NCBI GenBank assembly: GCA_001029635.1 | Contig: CP011209.1 | Coordinates: 747,969 to 811,968, forward strand | Origin: Candidatus Wolfebacteria bacterium GW2011_GWB1_47_1 | Lineage (GTDB): Bacteria > Patescibacteriota > Minisyncoccia > UBA6257 > UBA9933 | DNA: 64,000 bases | Direction of reading: 5' to 3' | In this document: piece after piece, positions 10,517 through 20,209 of the stretch | How positions within the stretch are numbered: position 1 is the stretch's first letter | Layout of the letters: the number at the start of each line of letters is the position of its first letter | Translations under genes and position numbers: made by a program | Notes under the pieces: generated by a model | Database searches by the model: none | Told to the model about the DNA's origin: nothing | The model's input: the letters and a program-made list of their open reading frames with translations, nothing else

Positions 10517-10714
10517 ATGCAGGAAGTTGCCGTCGAAAATGAAGTTAGAAAAGGCTTCAAAATAAATGATTTATCTCTTGAGGAAAGGCAAAGACTGGTC
10601 GGTGCTTTTGCGTGGCTCATAGAACAAGACAAGAAGCAAAATCCTGCACTTTATCAACCTAAAAAACAAGACGAAGATGATAGATACAATATGCCTTCTG
10701 ATACCCAAGAATAG
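10517..10714 (+). CDS. small acidic hypothetical protein (65 aa)
   Basis: ORF track; preceded by the hairpin aacctgtaggcataacctacgggtt. Confidence 0.3.
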   Translation: MQEVAVENEVRKGFKINDLSLEERQRLVGAFAWLIEQDKKQNPALYQPKKQDEDDRYNMPSDTQE

Positions 10715-11819
10715 GATGACTTATCTATTAGGGCCATCCAGTTGGGAACTATATTCCAAGACGGACCAATACGAAAAATATGTTCGCAACCCCAGCAAGA
10801 CAGAAAAAGAAACAGGACAATACTTCCCACGACTAACTGGATACAAGCGACGCTTTGCCCAAGATGCGAATGTTCGCATAGAGCTGTCCGTCCCCAAATT
10901 GCTGTATCGCAATAATCTCGACGAACTTGAAGAAAAAGACTTTCCGCGAGTAATCGAGATACTACTAAGGAGACTTGAGACTATGGGAGTGGTAGTTGAT
11001 AAGTCAGTTCTTGAAAATGCCTCAGTAAGCTCAGTTCATTTTTCAAAGAACATTCTACTCCAAGACGGGTATACCGCAAACCATTTAATCTCCGAAATGA
11101 ATAAGGTAAACCTTAAAAAGAACTTCGATTTTGCCAAAACAAGATTTATGAATGATGGGCAGAGCCTCTATGCCCATACAACCTCTCATCAGCTTGTAAT
11201 ATACGACAAGATAGCCGATATGGGGAAAGATGCGAAGAGAGCAATGGATAAAGACCAGACCTCGCGCCAAAAAAGTCTATTCGCAGAGTTAAGTAAAGCG
11301 AGCGAGCAACTGGAAATTATACGCTTTGAAATCCGCCTCAACCACAAGCAGAAAATGAACAAACTCCTTGAGAACTTAGGGTACGAGAAAAACCCAGTTT
11401 TCAGGCAGGTATTCAATACCAAAATGAGCAAAACCGTTGTTGCGCATTACTGGGAAAAACTTATCAAAGAGCGCAATTTGGGCATTTTCTCAATATCGCT
11501 AAGTATTAAGGATGTACTTCGAACTTTATTCTTAGCGGATAAAACACTAAAACCCAAACAGGCTATATATCTTCTCGGACTTTTTATGCTTGCAAAGGAC
11601 GAAGGTGGACTAAGGCAACTGCGGACTATTGTTTCAAAAAGGTCTCGCGATAGGACTTGGTATCGCATCGCACAAGATATGCAACAAGCCAGCAAGCTAA
11701 TTACAAAAAATAAGCTCCGAGATTGGGTTACGCAGATTGACAAAAGCCTTGATGAATATGTGCCATATAAGCATAAAAAATCAGCTATTATTAGTCCTCT
11801 GCCCCACTACTTAGCATAG
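10677..11819 (+). CDS. hypothetical protein (380 aa), possibly a replication or mobilisation protein of the element
   Basis: ORF track; an alternative start at 10716 (MTYLLGP) would avoid overlap; the functional guess rests on context only. Confidence 0.5.
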   Translation: MIDTICLLIPKNRMTYLLGPSSWELYSKTDQYEKYVRNPSKTEKETGQYFPRLTGYKRRFAQDANVRIELSVPKLLYRNNLDELEEKDFPRVIEILLRRLETMGVVVDKSVLENASVSSVHFSKNILLQDGYTANHLISEMNKVNLKKNFDFAKTRFMNDGQSLYAHTTSHQLVIYDKIADMGKDAKRAMDKDQTSRQKSLFAELSKASEQLEIIRFEIRLNHKQKMNKLLENLGYEKNPVFRQVFNTKMSKTVVAHYWEKLIKERNLGIFSISLSIKDVLRTLFLADKTLKPKQAIYLLGLFMLAKDEGGLRQLRTIVSKRSRDRTWYRIAQDMQQASKLITKNKLRDWVTQIDKSLDEYVPYKHKKSAIISPLPHYLA

Positions 11820-12228
11820 TGCTACTCCATAAATGGTCCCAAATATAAACATTACAAAATAAATTATTATGAAAAATAAAAAGTATAAAATCGATAAGGA
11901 CGAACGACTTGTTGGAATTATAAAAATGGCCTTTGAGCAGTATTATCGCAAGGTTATCTCGGATAATATAAAGAGGTCTTTGGCGCAAAAGCGAGCCAAG
12001 TTGTCCACTAACCCTAAAGTTGCTCTGTAAAGTAATGTAAAGTATAATGAATACCATTATGGAGCCTGAGGAACTCCCAAATGAGAAGGTTAATCGGCGT
12101 ATGGCTATTTTGTTTTGGACATTATCAGTCTGCGCCTTTATGATTATATTTCAGTTAGCAAATCTTATGGTCCCCGAATTATTTCCTCCGTCTTCTATCG
12201 CTCAATCAATATAAGCAGCTGCAACATT

Positions 12229-12411
12229 ATGAACACTAACAAAAAGAACTTCTACAAAGCAGAAGACCTCGCGAAGTTATTAGAGGTAAACATTATGACG
12301 ATTTACCGATATATTAAGGCTGGTCGCTTAAAGGCGTATAAAATTGGTCGTGAGTTTCGAATTGATAAAATTGAGTTTAGTGCTTTTTTAGAAAAAGCGC
12401 GGACTAAATAA
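12229..12411 (+). CDS. excisionase-family HTH DNA-binding protein
   Basis: IMTIYRYIKAGRLKAYKIGREFRIDKIEFSAFLE matches the excisionase/MerR-type HTH. The ORF track entry starts further upstream, at 12115. Confidence 0.65.
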   Translation: MNTNKKNFYKAEDLAKLLEVNIMTIYRYIKAGRLKAYKIGREFRIDKIEFSAFLEKARTK

Positions 12412-12413
12412 AT

Positions 12414-14207
12414 ATGACCGAAAAAGAATTATCACAACAAAAAGAAAGTCGCATCATCAAACTTGAGAAGGAAATTGAAAGATGGAAAAAGGCGGTCAAA
12501 ACCCAGCGCTACGGTTTAGTATGGCTCGATGTGCCTGAAGCATTTGAAGACGATGTCGAAAATAAATTACCCATTCTTGAGGAAGTGCCTAAAAAGGCGA
12601 TAAGGAGTAAGGATGCCAAGCCAACTCATCTACTTATTGAAGGCGATAATTATCACGCGCTTACTTGTTTAAACTACACGCACAAGGGAAAGATTGATGT
12701 AATCTATATAGACCCCCCGTACAATACTGGCTCCGATGGTTTTAGATATAAAGACAAGAGGATATTAAAAGAGTATCCAGACGGTACGGAAGTCCCGAAA
12801 GACCATCCATTTAGGCACAGCTATTGGCTATCTTTTATGAGTAAAAGGTTGGAACTTGCAAAAAGCCTACTAAAAGATACTGGTACTATATTTATTTCGA
12901 TAAATGAAGATGAGTTTGCGCAGCTCAAGTTACTTTGCGACCAAACATTTGGATTAGAAAATTATCTAACAATGTTCACTATTAAGGTAAGACACGAGGA
13001 GCGCATCCTTAAAGGCGATAAAGATTTCCACGAAGTCGTGGAATATCTTTTAATGTATAGATGCTCTTCTGCCTATAAAACCACGAAGAAAATCTATGAT
13101 AATACTTCATTGGATGAATATATTTATCAAGTCATTGAAAAAATAGAGCACCCTAAATCTGTTAAGCTTGGCAATAAGATGGTTGATTATTTTGAGCCAT
13201 CAGAATATGAGATTATAAAGGTGCCAGCGAGTGAGCACAACTTAAAGAAAATAAATATCCGTGGTTCTCTAAAAGAGGGCAATAGTAGTGGTAGATTTTA
13301 TATGGCTCATATTGCTTCAAGAGGTACCAAAGGTGTGCTTTATAAGGTACCAGATATGGGCAATGACAAGTTTGGACATAGATATTTTCTAATACCCGCA
13401 AAAGAAAGCAGGCTAAATGGGGATTATTTTCAGGGGGTACCACTGGACATACAGGACACGAAGAAAGTCCCCTACCCTAACTATTTTGACTTTGAAGCAC
13501 AGTTTAATAGCGTTGGGTATGAGGGGGGTGTCAGTTTCGGGGGCGGCAAAAAGCCAGTCGAGTTTCTTGCGCATTTTATAAATATCGGTTGTACGGATAA
13601 AAATGCAACTATATTAGATTTTTTTGCTGGCTCGGGAAGCACTGGGCACGCAGTTATGCAAATGAATGAAGCCGATAAGGGCAAGAGACAATTTATTTTG
13701 ATTACAAATGATAACGAAATCGTCAAAGATAAAGTTTATCATCCAATGTCTGAGGCGTGCCTGCCACGAATGCAGAACTTGATTAAAGGCTATGACAAGA
13801 ACCCGAGCTTGGGAAACTCAATTAAATACTACAAAACAGCTTTTGTAGGCAAACATAACATTCTTGATGCTGACGACAAAGATAAAATACAGCTCGCCCA
13901 TAATGCAGGGGGTATGCTTGCGATAGCTGAGAATACCTTAGAGCAAATTAAGGGAAACGATTATTGGCAGATTTTTGAAAGTGAGACCAGAATGACTGCT
14001 GTATATTTTAGAGAAGAGCAAGACCAGCTCGATGATTTTATAGACGAAGTCCTATTACTTGGAAAGCCAGTAACCGTATATATGTTTAGCTGGGAAGAAA
14101 AAGTGGATATTGTTGATTTTGAAGAAAATCGAAATATCAGCCTCAAAACAATACCGCAACCCATTCTTGAGATATATAAGCAGATATATAACATTGCTCA
14201 GTTATGA
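12414..14207 (+). CDS. mod: Type III R-M DNA methyltransferase (Mod, beta-class N6-adenine/N4-cytosine MTase)
   Basis: Motif IV IYIDPPYNTG precedes motif I FFAGSGSTGH (beta order), with a TRD between them. The stop overlaps the res start (ATGA). Confidence 0.8.
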   Translation: MTEKELSQQKESRIIKLEKEIERWKKAVKTQRYGLVWLDVPEAFEDDVENKLPILEEVPKKAIRSKDAKPTHLLIEGDNYHALTCLNYTHKGKIDVIYIDPPYNTGSDGFRYKDKRILKEYPDGTEVPKDHPFRHSYWLSFMSKRLELAKSLLKDTGTIFISINEDEFAQLKLLCDQTFGLENYLTMFTIKVRHEERILKGDKDFHEVVEYLLMYRCSSAYKTTKKIYDNTSLDEYIYQVIEKIEHPKSVKLGNKMVDYFEPSEYEIIKVPASEHNLKKINIRGSLKEGNSSGRFYMAHIASRGTKGVLYKVPDMGNDKFGHRYFLIPAKESRLNGDYFQGVPLDIQDTKKVPYPNYFDFEAQFNSVGYEGGVSFGGGKKPVEFLAHFINIGCTDKNATILDFFAGSGSTGHAVMQMNEADKGKRQFILITNDNEIVKDKVYHPMSEACLPRMQNLIKGYDKNPSLGNSIKYYKTAFVGKHNILDADDKDKIQLAHNAGGMLAIAENTLEQIKGNDYWQIFESETRMTAVYFREEQDQLDDFIDEVLLLGKPVTVYMFSWEEKVDIVDFEENRNISLKTIPQPILEIYKQIYNIAQL

Positions 14208-16579
14208 ACATATTCAACCCATCAAAATTTCAAAAAGATGCCGTCATAAATCTAACAGAGATTTTTACTACGGTATGGAAGCAACAAGGTAGACAATTAC
14301 CTATTGTTTTTAAATCCCCGACTGGAAGTGGTAAGACTTTTATGACCTCCCTTTTCATCCGCGGCCTTAACCACCTACCACAGTGGAAAGAAGATAAAGC
14401 ATTTATATGGATTACTTTTAGCGATGATTTGGCTATGCAAAGCAAAAATAAGTTTCTTGAGTATTTTGAAAATATGCTTGAAAATAGAGCTTTGACCGTT
14501 GCAGATATAAATCAAGGCAAACTCTACCAAAATGATATTTTATTTTTAAACTGGCAAAAGGTTACTGCCAAAAATGCTAATACGCGATTAATTCGCCGCC
14601 CCGAAGATAAGGAATGGCAAAAGGAACAGGGAGAATACTTTGAAGATGTGGTCGAACAAACTCAAGCCGATAGTAGACAAATTATCTTAATAATTGATGA
14701 GGCTCACAAGAATAAAGACACAAAACTCGCAAAGGATATTATTGATAAAATTGACCCTAAGGTAATTCTTCACATTACTGCGACACCAAACGAGAAAGAC
14801 GAACTTGAAGCTCGTCGTATTGGCAGTTTTTATGAGGTCCCCCGAGAGGAAGTTGTTGAGCAGGGCTTAATCAAAGAAGCAATCATTACTCAAACGGAAG
14901 AAGATTTCGAGGGTATGTCGGGAAAAGACCTTGATAAAATCCTCCTCGAAAATGGGATGAAAAAACGAGAGGAATTAAAAGCAGAACTTAAATCACTGGG
15001 TAAGAATATAAACCCTTTGATGCTTATACAGTTACCAAATGATGATGATAAACTTATAGAAAAGGGCGAACAGAAGAAGGAGGATATCGTTACTGATTAT
15101 CTTCTTAAAAATAAGGTTCCCGAGCATAGGATAGCAAAATGGTTTAATAAGAACCCTCGGCCAAATAATTTAGAAGAGCTCAGCGATGAGCACGACTTTT
15201 TACTCTTTAAACAGGCGGCTGGAACAGGCTGGGATTGCCCTCGTGCATCAGTACTTGTAATGTTTAGGGAAATACAATCGAATACCTTTTATACTCAAAC
15301 CGTTGGGCGTATTTTAAGAATGCCTGAGCCTCACGCAAAAGAAGATTATAAAAATAACCCCAATCTTCGCTTGGGATATTTATATACGAACTACAAGCGC
15401 AAGGAGGTAATAATACCAGACCAAAATCCCGCCAATCAACCTTTGACTGAGTTTGCCCATAGGAAGAAGGACATAAGCAATATCGAATTACCATCTGACT
15501 ATATTTCTCGCTTAGATTATGGCGATATTCGCGTATCTTCTAAATTTCAAGAAGTATTTAAAACAGAACTAAATAAGCACTTCGGGATTACTAATAATGA
15601 TATTCTTGGAAAAGCAGAAACGAAGCTTAAAAAGGCAGGGTTGGACATTAGCGATACTTTAGTAAATGAAGTTATTGCAAATGCTCGTTTCGAGGATTAT
15701 GACAATCTCGCCTTTGATTTCAGTAAAAAAGGCAGCGATATTTCACTTGAAATGTCAGTAAGTGATATTGAAAAGACTTTTAATTATCTTTGTTATCAAA
15801 TCCTAAGGGAGCAGGAAGACGAGGGAGCTAAGTACTCAAATGTGGCTCGCTCTTGGTCAGTCTTAAAACAAGCGCTTCGCGTCTGGTTTAAAATCGTTTT
15901 GCGAGATGACCATATTTACTGGTATAAGATATTTATCAAAGATGTTCGCAAGGGCGCTGAGAGCAAATTTCGCCCAGCAATAACAAGGGCCTTACGAGCT
16001 TATAAGCCAATTTCTGACAGTCTACTAACCGACAAGAAAATAAAGGTAGAGGAAAAGGAAGCATATATTTTTACCATACAAGGCGAATATGGGTATCCCG
16101 AGCAATACAAAGTTGTCCCTCAGAAGTTATGCGCCTTGGATAAGTTTTACTTGCCCGAAGATTACAATGGGCGTAAAAATGAAATTGCCTTTGTTGAATA
16201 TCTGGAAAAAAAGAAAGGAAAAATTGATTGGTGGTTTAAAAATGGCAATCAGGGAAAGAAGTACTTGGGCGTTAAATACACAAACTCAATAACGAACGAG
16301 GATGGCTTATTTTACCCCGACTGGATTATTCGTTTTCCTGATGGCCGTATAGGTATTTTCGATACCAAAAAAGGAGATACTGCTACAAGCACTGAAACAG
16401 CAGATAAGACAAAGGCATTGCAACAAAAACTTAAGAGTTTTGGAAAAAAGTTTCTTGGCGGTATCGCATATCAAGAAGCGGGCATTTGGTACTACAATGA
16501 TAGCCCCAAATACTCTTTTAAAGAGGGGCAATCGGTAAACGATAGCAAAGAATGGAAGCCTTTTGAGGATTTATTCTAA
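14204..16579 (+). CDS. res: Type III restriction enzyme Res subunit (SF2 helicase plus PD-DxK nuclease)
   Basis: Walker A SPTGSGKT; DEAH box LIIDEAHKN; motif VI TQTVGRILR; C-terminal PDW...IGIFDTKKG nuclease motif. Confidence 0.75.
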   Translation: MNIFNPSKFQKDAVINLTEIFTTVWKQQGRQLPIVFKSPTGSGKTFMTSLFIRGLNHLPQWKEDKAFIWITFSDDLAMQSKNKFLEYFENMLENRALTVADINQGKLYQNDILFLNWQKVTAKNANTRLIRRPEDKEWQKEQGEYFEDVVEQTQADSRQIILIIDEAHKNKDTKLAKDIIDKIDPKVILHITATPNEKDELEARRIGSFYEVPREEVVEQGLIKEAIITQTEEDFEGMSGKDLDKILLENGMKKREELKAELKSLGKNINPLMLIQLPNDDDKLIEKGEQKKEDIVTDYLLKNKVPEHRIAKWFNKNPRPNNLEELSDEHDFLLFKQAAGTGWDCPRASVLVMFREIQSNTFYTQTVGRILRMPEPHAKEDYKNNPNLRLGYLYTNYKRKEVIIPDQNPANQPLTEFAHRKKDISNIELPSDYISRLDYGDIRVSSKFQEVFKTELNKHFGITNNDILGKAETKLKKAGLDISDTLVNEVIANARFEDYDNLAFDFSKKGSDISLEMSVSDIEKTFNYLCYQILREQEDEGAKYSNVARSWSVLKQALRVWFKIVLRDDHIYWYKIFIKDVRKGAESKFRPAITRALRAYKPISDSLLTDKKIKVEEKEAYIFTIQGEYGYPEQYKVVPQKLCALDKFYLPEDYNGRKNEIAFVEYLEKKKGKIDWWFKNGNQGKKYLGVKYTNSITNEDGLFYPDWIIRFPDGRIGIFDTKKGDTATSTETADKTKALQQKLKSFGKKFLGGIAYQEAGIWYYNDSPKYSFKEGQSVNDSKEWKPFEDLF

Positions 16580-16584
16580 ACATT

Positions 16585-18120
16585 ATGAAAGCAATAATCG
16601 TCGCACGAGTATCAACTGAAGAACAAAGAGAAGCTGGTAATTCCCTACCCGCTCAGCTTACTCGTATGCAAGATTATTGCGAGCGGAATGGCTATTCTAT
16701 AATCGAGACTTTTAGTTTTGATGAGAGTGCTTACAAAACCAAGCGCGACGAGTTCGATAAAATCATTGCCTGCGTAAACGGCACAAAAGAAAAGGTTGCC
16801 GTTTGCTTTGATAAAGTAGACCGCCTATCACGCAATATCTTTGATAAGCGGGTTGCCTTACTTTACGAGCGAGCTGTTGATGATAAAATCGAGCTTCATT
16901 TTGTCTCCGATAACCAAGTCATCAACAATAAAATGTCGGCTGGCGACAAGTTTGCGTTCGGAATGAAACTCGGGTTGTCTAAATACTATTCGGATGCAAT
17001 CAGCGATAATGTAAAACGCGCGTTTGAGCAAAAGCGCAGAAATGGCGAATGGACCAGTGCCGTTCGATTGGGATATCTTAATGTTTCCTTAGATGCAGAA
17101 CAGCGGTTACGCAAGGATATTATCATAGACCCCGAGCGAGGGCATCTTATTCAAAAACTATTTGAGCTATATGCAACTGGGAACTACTCACTTGAGACGC
17201 TACGAATAAAAATGATTGAAATGGGCTTAGTGAGCCAAAAGGGTTTCAAGCCGTCAAAAAGCTGTATCGATAATATACTAAATGACACTTTTTACTGCGG
17301 TGTCGCTATGTCAAAGAAATATGGCTCTTTCCCCCATAGATACCCTCGTCTAATAACAAGGGAACTTTTTGATAGGTGCCAAGAGATACGCTTAAATCGC
17401 GTCAAAATGCCCAATAAGGCGCTTTCCAAGGACTTTATATTCAAAGGGTTACTCCGATGTCAGAACTGCGGTTGTTCAATAAGCGCCGAGAGAAAGATAA
17501 AGAAAAGTGGCCGTGAGTTTGTCTACTATTCCTGCACTAATGGCAAAGGTATATGCAAACGGGTGTATATACCCGAAAAAGACCTTCTAAGGCCCGTGTA
17601 CGAGGTTTTAGAGCGGTTTGAGAGCATAACAGAAGAGACACAAAATGAGCTTGTCGCCGAGCTTCGTAAGAATACGGAGGCCGAGGTAGTATTTCACAAG
17701 GCTCAGATAAACCGCATACGAGGCGAATACGAACAGATTAAGACGAAAGATGACCGACTACTTGAGGCATATTTGGACCAGTGTATTACTAAGGACATCT
17801 ATGACAAAAAACATCAAGAGTATGCGGATAAGCTACAGGTTTTGAATATTGAACTTTCCGAGTATACAAAAGCGGACCACGATTACCAAACGACTATTGC
17901 TACCGTGCTTTCTGTCGCTCGCAGAGCAAAGACTATATTTGAGAAAAGTTCTGAAGTTGCAGGAAAACGGGCGTTTCTGAATTACATACTTCAGAACCCG
18001 ACTGTAAACGAAAAAACGCTTGGTTTTACCTTGCGTTCTCCGTTCAACTTAGTCCTAAAACTTGCTGATTGTCCTAACTTGCTCCCCGGGAGGGATTCGA
18101 ACCCCCGACCATCTCGTTAA
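16585..18120 (+). CDS. large serine recombinase (paralog of 6395..8044)
   Basis: VARVSTEEQ catalytic Ser; VDRLSRN; CQNCGC...CTNGKGIC zinc ribbon. The last 13 codons are encoded by the tRNA-Asn 3' half. Confidence 0.85.
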   Translation: MKAIIVARVSTEEQREAGNSLPAQLTRMQDYCERNGYSIIETFSFDESAYKTKRDEFDKIIACVNGTKEKVAVCFDKVDRLSRNIFDKRVALLYERAVDDKIELHFVSDNQVINNKMSAGDKFAFGMKLGLSKYYSDAISDNVKRAFEQKRRNGEWTSAVRLGYLNVSLDAEQRLRKDIIIDPERGHLIQKLFELYATGNYSLETLRIKMIEMGLVSQKGFKPSKSCIDNILNDTFYCGVAMSKKYGSFPHRYPRLITRELFDRCQEIRLNRVKMPNKALSKDFIFKGLLRCQNCGCSISAERKIKKSGREFVYYSCTNGKGICKRVYIPEKDLLRPVYEVLERFESITEETQNELVAELRKNTEAEVVFHKAQINRIRGEYEQIKTKDDRLLEAYLDQCITKDIYDKKHQEYADKLQVLNIELSEYTKADHDYQTTIATVLSVARRAKTIFEKSSEVAGKRAFLNYILQNPTVNEKTLGFTLRSPFNLVLKLADCPNLLPGRDSNPRPSR

Positions 18121-18154
18121 CAGCGAGCCGCTCTACCACTGAGCTACCAGGGAA
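18082..18154 (-). tRNA. tRNA-Asn (GTT)
   Basis: Reverse complement TCCCTGGTAGCTCAGTGGTAGAGCGGCTCGCTGTTAACGAGATGGTCGGGGGTTCGAATCCCTCCCGGGGAG folds as a cloverleaf with a GTT anticodon and a GTTCGAATC T-loop. Confidence 0.85.
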
Positions 18155-18262
18155 TGTTTTATTTTAAAAAGTGGAGCTGATTTCCAGAACCACGTGGCAT
18201 TATTTTACCAAAGCGGGGAAATAATGCAAGGGCCTAAAACCGCTCGTTCTAGGCCCACTTTA

Positions 18263-19618
18263 TCACATTATTGCGCTTTTAATATGCGCTGGAATATCTG
18301 CTTTAGTAAGCAAAACCTGCTCCCCGGTCTCCATGTTCTTTACGGCGAATTCGCCCGAGGCGATCTCGTCCTCTCCTACCAATATCACAAACGGGATTCC
18401 CAATTTGTTTGCGTAGGCAAGCTTGTTCTTCATCTTCACGTCTTCGAAATATACTTCTGCCGCTATCCCCGCTTCGCGCAGGGTCGTTGCAATCTCCAAT
18501 GGTATCGCCATATCGGCGACCAACGGAACCACCAACGCCTTTGTCGGCGTTGCCGCGCCCAATTCGATAAGCCCTATGTCTTTTAACTGAGAGAATAGTC
18601 GCGTCAATCCGATCGAAATACCAACGCCTGGCAATTTTCGCTTGGTGTATTTTTCTGCAAGGTTGTCGTATCGCCCTCCGGAACAGATCGATCCCAATTC
18701 TGAATGTTCGCGCAGTATCGTTTCGTACACCGTGCCGGTGTAGTAATCCAGTCCGCGTGCGATGGTCAGGTCTATTGCATAGCAATCGGGCGGTACGCCA
18801 AGTACCTTCAAATAGTGCGTTACTTCCTCCAGCTCTTTTATGCCGGTTTGGAATAGCTCATTTTCTATGCAAAGATTTCGTAGCGCGTTCAATACATCCT
18901 CAGGAGTACCCTTGATATCTGTGAAGGTAAAGATCTCTCTGATGGTGTTATCTGGTACTCCTAGCTCGACTAGTATGCCATGCACTTCGTTTTGGCCTAT
19001 CTTCTCGAGCTTGTCTATCGTTTGTATTACGCCTACGGACATATTGCCCGTTTCCAATGATTCCAACAATCCTCCTATAAGCTTTCTATTGCTGATCCGG
19101 ATCACAAACGCGCCGATATTGAGCTTGCTAAATACGTCATAGATTACGCTCGGAATCTCGGCATCATTCATAAGGCTCAACGATCCATCGCCAATAATAT
19201 CGATATCTGCCTGATAGAATTCTCGGTAGCGCCCTTTTTGCGATCGCTCGCCCCGATACACCTTTGCAATATGACTTCTGCGAAACGGAAACACGAGATC
19301 GTTCACGTGTTCGCTCACATATCGCGCCAACGGCACCGTCAGATCAAAACGCAATGCGAGTTCGTTGTCTCCTTTTGTGAATTGATAGATCTGCTTTTCG
19401 GTCTCTCCTCCCGCCTTTGCTAGCAGCACCTCCGCACGCTCTATGACCGGCGTATCAAGCGGAGCGAACCCATAGCGTTGATATACTTCTGCGATCGTGT
19501 TTTTTATGCGATCAAACACGATCTGCTCGGCTGGGAGCAGTTCCATAAAACCAGGTAGTACTCGGGTTGGGATCTTCTCATCCATTTTTTTTACTTCACT
19601 CATATCTTGCTGGGTCAT
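18263..19618 (-). CDS. hisS: histidyl-tRNA synthetase
   Basis: Class II aaRS motifs and HisRS signature DLTVPLARY; 451 aa. Confidence 0.9.
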   Translation of the reverse strand: MTQQDMSEVKKMDEKIPTRVLPGFMELLPAEQIVFDRIKNTIAEVYQRYGFAPLDTPVIERAEVLLAKAGGETEKQIYQFTKGDNELALRFDLTVPLARYVSEHVNDLVFPFRRSHIAKVYRGERSQKGRYREFYQADIDIIGDGSLSLMNDAEIPSVIYDVFSKLNIGAFVIRISNRKLIGGLLESLETGNMSVGVIQTIDKLEKIGQNEVHGILVELGVPDNTIREIFTFTDIKGTPEDVLNALRNLCIENELFQTGIKELEEVTHYLKVLGVPPDCYAIDLTIARGLDYYTGTVYETILREHSELGSICSGGRYDNLAEKYTKRKLPGVGISIGLTRLFSQLKDIGLIELGAATPTKALVVPLVADMAIPLEIATTLREAGIAAEVYFEDVKMKNKLAYANKLGIPFVILVGEDEIASGEFAVKNMETGEQVLLTKADIPAHIKSAIM

Positions 19619-19655
19619 ATATTTCCCAAAACACGGGCAGAACCCGTGCTTTGCA

Positions 19656-20126
19656 TTATTTTATACCGTCCTTTCCTCCGTGCGTATGCGGAGTGTGTAC
19701 GACCGAGTTACTCTGCTCGGATTGCATCGTCCCGAACTTTTTCTCCAGTCGCTCTAATCGGCGGTCGAGCGTCTTAAGCATTCCCTCTAGCTTCCATTGC
19801 ATCTGAACACGGCTTATCGATTGGAATCTAATCTCTTCCTCAGTTTCCTCATCTATACGCTTTTCTTCGTTAATACCACTAATAATAATCTCTTCTCCAA
19901 CAAAGAACGAAACAAAGAGGCCAGTTGCCAAGAGGATCACCGTCCCTATGGCGATCGATGCACCGCTACTCATGTGATATTCGTCCGCGAGCATCCAGAT
20001 GCCGCGCCAGAGCAAAATAATGCCAATGCTTCCAATCATGGCGTAGAGTACCGGATGGCGTGCCAATATTGAGCGCACCTCGTCTTCCTTTTTATCAAAA
20101 AATCGTGTGATGTTTTTGAACTTCAT
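19656..20126 (-). CDS. membrane protein with coiled-coil C-terminus (start at MKFKNITRFF)
   Basis: ORF 19656..20318 trimmed to an internal ATG. The longer form would overlap alaS. Confidence 0.5.
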   Translation of the reverse strand: MKFKNITRFFDKKEDEVRSILARHPVLYAMIGSIGIILLWRGIWMLADEYHMSSGASIAIGTVILLATGLFVSFFVGEEIIISGINEEKRIDEETEEEIRFQSISRVQMQWKLEGMLKTLDRRLERLEKKFGTMQSEQSNSVVHTPHTHGGKDGIK

Positions 20127-20138
20127 AATACTATTATA

Positions 20139-20190
20139 TCGCCTTCGGCGAGCAATTGTAATGGATTCCCGCCTACGCGGGGATGACAAT
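20139..20190. repeat. dual-hairpin intergenic motif, copy 1 (gccttcggc hairpin plus tggattcccgcctacgcgggg-atgacaat)
   Basis: Shares sequence and compensatory stem changes with copies at 22026 and 33565. Confidence 0.45.
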
Positions 20191-20209
20191 ACAACGAGAT
20201 ACACGGATT

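Larger units (their letters stand above)
1..18154. mobile_element. AT-rich integrated element (genomic island or integrative element) at tRNA-Asn; left end not in window
   Basis: There is a sharp composition shift at the tRNA. The segment carries two serine recombinases, an excisionase-like gene, a Type III R-M system and many orphan genes. A recombinase ORF overlaps the tRNA. Confidence 0.55.

Noticed and set aside
10677-11819. Assigning the 380-aa protein to the rolling-circle Rep (Rep_trans) family
   Set aside because: There is only a vague resemblance (IRFEIRL) and no catalytic Tyr context could be identified. It is kept as hypothetical.
18194-18785. ORFs 18194..18586(+) and 18303..18785(-) overlapping hisS
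   Set aside because: They lie wholly inside the well-supported hisS CDS in other frames. Their products are Arg-rich.
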